Assembly: GCA_965649055.1 (NCBI GenBank)
Contig: CBFGJG010000004.1
Span: 7,654 to 71,653 of the forward strand
Direction: 5' to 3'
From: a candidate division WOR-3 bacterium
GTDB lineage: Bacteria; Hydrothermota; UBA3072; B12-G15
DNA length: 64,000 nucleotides
Part shown: positions 58,520-64,000 of the stretch, piece by piece
How positions within the stretch are numbered: position 1 is the stretch's first letter
How the letters are laid out: each line of letters opens with the position of its first letter
The notes under the pieces: generated by a model
What the model saw: only the letters and a program-made list of their open reading frames with translations
Told to the model about the DNA's origin: nothing
Databases searched by the model: none
Position numbers and translations under genes: made by a program

Positions 58520-60117
58520 TGGCTATAAAGGGTTCATTAAAGGCAGCTTCTCTACCAGATGTGATACAGATGCTTTCTGTTGGAAGAAAATCAGGTGTTC
58601 TTAGTGTAACAAATGGAGAAATATTCATATTCATATATTTTGAAAAAGGTAAAATTACAGGTCTCGATTCAGTTAACAGACAATACAGGATAGGGGAATT
58701 GCTCATAAAGAATGGTAAGATAACAGAGGAACAGCTTGAAAGTGCACTATTAGTTCAGAAAGAAAACAAAGATAAATTACTTGGCGAGATATTACTTGAG
58801 ATGAAATTTATCGATGAGGATATATTAAAAAATGCAATAACAGAACAGGTTAAAGAAGGGCTTTACAGTGCATTTTCATGGGAAGATGGATATTTCAGCT
58901 TTGAACCAGGGGAAAGCAAGGTAAAAAAAGTAGGTAAAATCTCAATTGATGCACAGGACCTTTTACTTGAAGCAGCAAGGATAGTTGACGAGTTAAGTAT
59001 AATAGAATTACCTGGATATTCTGATATCCTTTTAAAGACAAAAACAGATACTGATGGTCTTAACGAAAAAGAGAAAGAGATTATAAATCTTATAGATGGG
59101 AAAAAGACTATGGAAAATATCCTTGATGAGACAAGAATTGATGAATTTGAAGCGATGAAGATTATTGGCAAATTATTACAAAAGGGATATATAAAAGGCT
59201 TGAAACAAACTTCTATACCGATAGAAAAGGCAATGGCGAAGATATCAGAGCATGAAAACCTTGGTATAGCATTTTTATATATGGAGATGTTCACCGAGGC
59301 GGAAAGAGAGTTTAGAAGAATACTTGAGATTGATCCTTTAAATGTTAAGGCAAAATTCTTCATAAGTATAATAAAATTTTTCAAAAATGATATTGATTCT
59401 GCTATTAGTCTTACTAAAGAGATAATAAATATGAACAATTTTTATCCATCTGTTTATGCAAATCTTTCTGTTTTTTATGAAAAGAAAGGCGAACTTGATG
59501 AAGCATTAAATATTATTGATGAAGGGCTTAAAAATTGGCCAGAAAATTCTAAGTTATTATTAAATAAGTTAATTATAAAAATAAAGAAAAACGAGATTGA
59601 GAATTTAAAAGAGATATTTGAGAAAATAAAAGAAACGGAGATAAACAATCCTGTTTTCTATTTTTATTACGGAATATATGAATGGAAGAATAAAAATTTG
59701 AATAATGCAATAAATATAATGCTTGAAGGTCTCAAGATTAATCCACAATTTCCCGAATATTACAATAATCTCGGCAGGTTCTACGAAGAAAGTGAAGAAT
59801 ACGAAAAGGCTGAAGCAATGTTTAAAAAGGCAATAGAAATAAAAAGTGATTACATCCCCGCAATTAAGAATATAGGTGATTTTTACTATAAAAATGGATA
59901 CTATTCACTTGCAAATGAGCAGTATGAGAAATTGACCAGTCTAAACTACAGTGATGCAGAGGTTTACTTTAAGATGGGAAACATTGCTCTTAAGAAGGGC
60001 GATTTCCACGATGCATATAAATTATGGAGTGAAGGATTAAATGTTGAACCTGATAATGAACTTTTGAAAAGGAATATAGAAATTCTTAAGAAAGATTATG
60101 GATTTGGAACTATATAG
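58519..60117 (+). CDS. DUF4388-like N-terminal domain + TPR-repeat protein
   Basis: 'SLPDVIQMLSVGRKSGVLSV…IYFEKGKI' fits the DUF4388 pattern. The C-terminal two-thirds consists of TPR-like repeats. Confidence 0.5.
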   Translation: MAIKGSLKAASLPDVIQMLSVGRKSGVLSVTNGEIFIFIYFEKGKITGLDSVNRQYRIGELLIKNGKITEEQLESALLVQKENKDKLLGEILLEMKFIDEDILKNAITEQVKEGLYSAFSWEDGYFSFEPGESKVKKVGKISIDAQDLLLEAARIVDELSIIELPGYSDILLKTKTDTDGLNEKEKEIINLIDGKKTMENILDETRIDEFEAMKIIGKLLQKGYIKGLKQTSIPIEKAMAKISEHENLGIAFLYMEMFTEAEREFRRILEIDPLNVKAKFFISIIKFFKNDIDSAISLTKEIINMNNFYPSVYANLSVFYEKKGELDEALNIIDEGLKNWPENSKLLLNKLIIKIKKNEIENLKEIFEKIKETEINNPVFYFYYGIYEWKNKNLNNAINIMLEGLKINPQFPEYYNNLGRFYEESEEYEKAEAMFKKAIEIKSDYIPAIKNIGDFYYKNGYYSLANEQYEKLTSLNYSDAEVYFKMGNIALKKGDFHDAYKLWSEGLNVEPDNELLKRNIEILKKDYGFGTI

Positions 60118-60868
60118 TCTTATGAAAACTATAAAAAATTTACTGGATTTCGATCCTATGAATTATAAGGAAAAACCTTTTAAAAGAAGAATAAGGGTAA
60201 GAATGAGGGCACTTGGGTTTGAAACATACAAAGAGTACGAGGAATATCTTAAAAATAATATAGAAGAACAGATTAAACTTAAAGATACCCTTACCATTAA
60301 TGTTAGTAAATTTTTCAGAAACTTAGAGGTATTTGAGATTATAAAAGATGAAATTATACCTAAGATTAAAGAACCTGTAAGATGCTGGAGTGCTGGATGT
60401 TCTACAGGTGAAGAACCTTATACAATTGCTATAATACTTAAAGAACTTGGTAAAGAGGGAAGAATAATAGGAACAGATATAGATACAGACGCACTTAAAA
60501 AAGCGAGGGAAGGCGTATACACTATTTTTTCTATGGACGAGATACCATACCAGTATATTAAAAAATACTTCGATGAGAAAGATGGAAAATATATAATAAA
60601 AGATTTTATAAAAAATTATGTTACATTCCTTGAACTCGATTTTAAAGATATTGAAAAATTTACAATGAAATTTGATATTATTCTTTGCAGAAATGTTCTT
60701 ATATATCTTACAAAAGAATTTCAGGAAAAATTAATAACAAGATTCTATGAATTGCTTGATGAAGGTGGTTTTTTAATACTTGGTATGGCTGAGACACTTG
60801 GTATTGGTAAATATGAATATTTTTTACCTTATAAATTAAAAGAAAGGATTTACAGAAAAAATGGATAA
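60098..60868 (+). CDS. cheR: Chemotaxis protein methyltransferase CheR (start possibly at Met 60122)
   Basis: 'RIRVRMRALGFETYKEY', SAM-binding 'RCWSAGCSTGEEPYTIAI', and 'ILCRNVLIYL'. Confidence 0.85.
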   Translation: MDLELYSLMKTIKNLLDFDPMNYKEKPFKRRIRVRMRALGFETYKEYEEYLKNNIEEQIKLKDTLTINVSKFFRNLEVFEIIKDEIIPKIKEPVRCWSAGCSTGEEPYTIAIILKELGKEGRIIGTDIDTDALKKAREGVYTIFSMDEIPYQYIKKYFDEKDGKYIIKDFIKNYVTFLELDFKDIEKFTMKFDIILCRNVLIYLTKEFQEKLITRFYELLDEGGFLILGMAETLGIGKYEYFLPYKLKERIYRKNG

Positions 60869-61337
60869 GATATTTGTCAAGATAGCAGAGATGAAAGCAG
60901 GTAAAGCCCCGAGTGTAATTATAACAATGGGGCTTGGTTCATGTGTAGCAGTTTCTTTATATGACAGAGCAAATAAATTTGGAGGGTTGCTTCACTTTTT
61001 ACTACCGGAAAATCCTTCTAATGATTCAAATTATTTTAAATACGGGGATAGTGGCATAAAAGAGATGATAAAATATTTTAGAAATAATGGCTCAAAATTA
61101 GAAAATATAGAGGCAAAAATAGTGGGTGGTTCAATTATGTTCACTCAACTTCTAAAAAGCACAGAGAATGCAGTTGGACCAAGAAATGTTAAGATAGCAA
61201 AAGAAATTCTTGAAAAACATAATATAAGGATTGTGAGTGAAGATACTGGCGGTGATTACGGTAGAAGTGTGGAATTTTATCTTGAAACAGGAGAATTAAA
61301 AGTTAGCTCTTATAAAACAGGTATAAAGATTATATGA
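60861..61337 (+). CDS. cheD: Chemoreceptor glutamine deamidase CheD
   Basis: 'GLGSCVAVSLYD' catalytic Cys motif. Size 158 aa. Confidence 0.85.
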   Translation: MDKIFVKIAEMKAGKAPSVIITMGLGSCVAVSLYDRANKFGGLLHFLLPENPSNDSNYFKYGDSGIKEMIKYFRNNGSKLENIEAKIVGGSIMFTQLLKSTENAVGPRNVKIAKEILEKHNIRIVSEDTGGDYGRSVEFYLETGELKVSSYKTGIKII

Positions 61338-62362
61338 AAACAATAAAGGTCCTTATCGTTGACGATTCTTCTTTTATGAGAAAACTTTTAAGAGATATAC
61401 TTGAGGCACATCCTGAAATAAAGGTTGTAGGGATGGCTAAGAATGGGGAAGAGGCAATACAGTTAAACGAAACACTCGAACCCGATGTTATTACAATGGA
61501 TGTAGAAATGCCTGTTATGAACGGAATAGAGGCAGTCCAGAAGATTATGGAATCAAATCCAAAACCAATAATAATGTTAAGTGCACATACAAGAGAAAAT
61601 GCAAAGATAACAATTGAGGCACTTGAGAAAGGTGCGTTTGATTTTGTCCCCAAGCCTGGAGGTGAGGTTTCTACAAACCTTATAAACATAAGTGAAGAGA
61701 TTACCGAAAAGATAAAGGCAGCATACTATGCTAATCTTCCAGCTTTGAGGGAGTCAGTATATTTGTCAAAGATTGAAAAACCAAGGGTATCTTCATCCCA
61801 AAAAGTTGTTGTTATTGCAAGTTCAACAGGAGGACCAAAAGCTTTATCATACATAATACCTAAAATACCAAAGGATTTTAATTCACCTATTATAGTTGTT
61901 CAGCATATGCCAGAAGGATTCACATCTGCATTTGCAGAAAGGCTTAAAAGTATAAGTAAATTGAATGTGAAAGAAGCAGAAGATGGTGATACAATAAAAA
62001 GAGGGAACATATACATTGCACCTTCCGGTTTCCATACAATAATAAACGAAGAAGAAAAGATAGTTCTTACGAGGGATAAACCTATACATGGTGTGAGACC
62101 TGCAGCTGATAAAACCATGGTATCCGCTGCTAATGTTTTCTTAAATAATACAATCGGAGTTGTTCTCACCGGAATGGGTAAAGATGGCGCTGTTGGTGTA
62201 AAAAGGATTAAAGCAGTAGGTGGTAAAAATATAGCACAGGATGAAAAAACATCAATAATATATGGTATGCCAAAAGCAGCATATGAAACAGGATGCGTTG
62301 ATGAAGTGCTACCACTTGAGAAGATACCGGAGGGCTTGCTCAGGATGGTTTCAGATGATTAA
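61334..62362 (+). CDS. cheB: Protein-glutamate methylesterase CheB (receiver + methylesterase)
   Basis: Receiver 'KVLIVDDSSFMR…DVITMDVEMPVMNG'. Esterase 'IASSTGGP', 'VVQHMPEGFT' and 'GMGKDGA'. Confidence 0.9.
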   Translation: MKTIKVLIVDDSSFMRKLLRDILEAHPEIKVVGMAKNGEEAIQLNETLEPDVITMDVEMPVMNGIEAVQKIMESNPKPIIMLSAHTRENAKITIEALEKGAFDFVPKPGGEVSTNLINISEEITEKIKAAYYANLPALRESVYLSKIEKPRVSSSQKVVVIASSTGGPKALSYIIPKIPKDFNSPIIVVQHMPEGFTSAFAERLKSISKLNVKEAEDGDTIKRGNIYIAPSGFHTIINEEEKIVLTRDKPIHGVRPAADKTMVSAANVFLNNTIGVVLTGMGKDGAVGVKRIKAVGGKNIAQDEKTSIIYGMPKAAYETGCVDEVLPLEKIPEGLLRMVSDD

Positions 62363-63116
62363 AGAGATAGAAGATATTGTAAGGAAAATAAAGAATTCAA
62401 AGGATAAAATGGAAATATCAGAAAATATAAAAAGATTTAAAAATCTTTATAACAAATATTTACAGTATCTTGAAGATATGAAAAAAGATGTAAACAAGAT
62501 AGAAGCAACTTTGTCAAGTTCAACTTTCGCTGAAAAACTTGTATTCTCACCTGTTGACGTTCAGACATTGATAGAAAAGGCAAAGAACGATATTGTGAAG
62601 GGAAATTACAACGATGCAATGAAGAATCTCCATCTCGCTAAAAAAATAGAACCGGAAAATATAAAAGTCTACTCATTACTCGGATGGGTTCTTCTTGAAC
62701 TTGAAAAATACGATGAAGCACTTGCAGTATACCAGAAGGTTTTGAAGTTAGATCCATCAAACGAAATAGCAATGGTTCATATTGGTTTTGTTAATTATAA
62801 ACTTGGAATTTTTGGTGAAGCAATTGAGAAACTCTCAAGGATAAATAAAGAGGGAAGAAATAAGGAAGCAGTCCTTTATTCCCTACTTTATCTTGGCAGG
62901 ATCTATTTTGAAAGGGAGATGTTCAACGATGCAATAGAGATACTTGAGGAGGCAATATCTTTAGGGCCAAATCTTTTTGAGGCTTACTATCTCTTGGGAA
63001 AGGCATACCTGGAAAAGGGGGATAGGAAAAAATGTGATGAGATTTGGGAGAAAGCCATTAGTAAAGGTATACAAGATAAATGGGTGGATAAGATAAAGGA
63101 GGAAAAAAATGGTTGA
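62355..63116 (+). CDS. TPR-repeat protein (start at ATG 62355 overlapping cheB stop; ORF-track N-terminal extension rejected)
   Basis: Several 34-aa TPR units ('YNDAMKNLHLAKKIEP', 'YDEALAVYQKVLKLDP'). Confidence 0.65.
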   Translation: MIKEIEDIVRKIKNSKDKMEISENIKRFKNLYNKYLQYLEDMKKDVNKIEATLSSSTFAEKLVFSPVDVQTLIEKAKNDIVKGNYNDAMKNLHLAKKIEPENIKVYSLLGWVLLELEKYDEALAVYQKVLKLDPSNEIAMVHIGFVNYKLGIFGEAIEKLSRINKEGRNKEAVLYSLLYLGRIYFEREMFNDAIEILEEAISLGPNLFEAYYLLGKAYLEKGDRKKCDEIWEKAISKGIQDKWVDKIKEEKNG

Positions 63117-63915
63117 AGAATACTGGGGTTTAAGGAGCAAACCATTTTTAAATACGCCTGATTTAAAATTCCTTTTTAGAAGTGAAGATTTTAAAGAGGG
63201 ATATGCAAGGATTATTTATAACATAAACGAGATTAGTGGTGGACTCACCCTTATTACAGGTGAAATTGGTTGCGGGAAAACATATCTTGCAAATGCGTTG
63301 AAAAAAGACCTTACTGAATTCGGTCATAAGGTGATATTTGTAACTAATCCTATATTTACACAGACTGGTTTTGTGAGATGGATTGCTGAAAATTTTCTCG
63401 AACAGGAAAAAGTTCCTTATCAGAAAGTTAAAATTTTTACAGCACTTGAGAATATGCTTAAAGAAAATGCAAATAAGGATAAAAAATATATAGCGATAAT
63501 AGACGAGGCTCAGATATTAAAGGCTAAGGTCCTTGAAGAAATAAGATTACTGTTGAATATTGAATCAGATGAAAAGAAATTAATTCAGATAATATTGCTC
63601 GGTCAACCTGAAATAGAAAAAAAGATTGAGAAGATGCCACAGATAAGACAGAGGATTAATATAAGATACCATATAGAACCAATGGATGAAGAAGAGGCTA
63701 TATTGTATATTGAACACAGATTAAAGGTTGCAGGTGCAAAAAAGGAAATATTCAATGATGAGGCTAAAAAAACATTGTATAAATTAAGTGGTGGTATACC
63801 CAGGAATATAAATACTCTTGCGCAAAACTCTTTATTTGTAGGCTATAGCCTGAAAAAAGATGTTATAGACAAAGAAATAATAGAAGCAGTTGCTGAAGAT
63901 TTAAGGATGGTGTGA
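63109..63915 (+). CDS. ExeA/GspA-like AAA ATPase (AAA_16 family)
   Basis: 'LITGEIGCGKTYL', 'IIDEAQ' and 'LLGQPEI…L…RI' are typical of ExeA/MshM-type ATPases. Confidence 0.7.
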   Translation: MVEEYWGLRSKPFLNTPDLKFLFRSEDFKEGYARIIYNINEISGGLTLITGEIGCGKTYLANALKKDLTEFGHKVIFVTNPIFTQTGFVRWIAENFLEQEKVPYQKVKIFTALENMLKENANKDKKYIAIIDEAQILKAKVLEEIRLLLNIESDEKKLIQIILLGQPEIEKKIEKMPQIRQRINIRYHIEPMDEEEAILYIEHRLKVAGAKKEIFNDEAKKTLYKLSGGIPRNINTLAQNSLFVGYSLKKDVIDKEIIEAVAEDLRMV

Positions 63916-63916
63916 T

Positions 63917-64000
63917 ATGAAAAAGAAAAAAATAAGTTTCCAGAAAGCAGTTGAAGAAACAAAAAAGGAAGAAGTAGTAGAAAAAGAAGAGTTAAAAGTT
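63917..64000 (+). CDS. Partial ORF (5' end only), Lys/Glu-rich; unknown
   Basis: ATG right after the previous stop. Runs off the window. Confidence 0.25.
   Translation, partial: MKKKKISFQKAVEETKKEEVVEKEELKV

Noticed and set aside
62262-62354. N-terminal extension of the TPR protein overlapping cheB by 100 nt
   Set aside because: The Cys/Arg-rich, unconserved-looking peptide lies inside cheB. The ATG at 62355 gives a tidy 8-nt overlap with the cheB stop.

Overview
This is a very AT-rich (roughly 30% GC by eye), densely coding bacterial chromosomal segment. The C25 peptidase has a T9SS-type C-terminal sorting domain, and MglA, PilT and Che genes are present, so it probably comes from an uncultivated lineage with a Type IX secretion system (possibly FCB-group-related). 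The lineage cannot be assigned from sequence alone.

Housekeeping content:
- The rbfA–DUF503–infB–nusA–rimP–proS block (minus strand), plus lpd and nrnA.
- HU, thiL, a DUF89 protein, an MsbA-like exporter, folC, pdxJ, secDF, plsY, map, and the addA/addB helicase-nuclease pair.
- coaBC, a family-4 uracil-DNA glycosylase, dnaB, radA, ispF, thiD, and accB/accC.

Four regions stand out:
1. A 1.25 kb non-coding gap at 12.0–13.25 kb. It holds four clustered DnaA boxes in a palindromic arrangement, an extreme-AT tract and a switch in gene orientation, which together look like oriC. It also holds a consensus promoter reading into a family of 29–33 nt hairpin repeats, and a decayed Avd-like four-helix-bundle gene fragment.
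2. A peptidase-C25 propeptide encoded as a separate gene in front of a multidomain T9SS-sorted C25 peptidase.
3. A two-component operon made of a solute-binding lipoprotein, a histidine kinase, a receiver and a degenerate-GGDEF/EAL protein.
4. A long co-directional, overlap-coupled array: accB–pilT–accC–mglA–(tandem DnaA/Hda-like AAA+ protein)–DUF4388/TPR–cheR–cheD–cheB–TPR–ExeA-like ATPase. MglA appears translationally coupled to a previously undescribed double DnaA-like ATPase, which I regard as the most novel element in the window.

All calls rest on motif-level reading of the translations by eye. No database searches were run.
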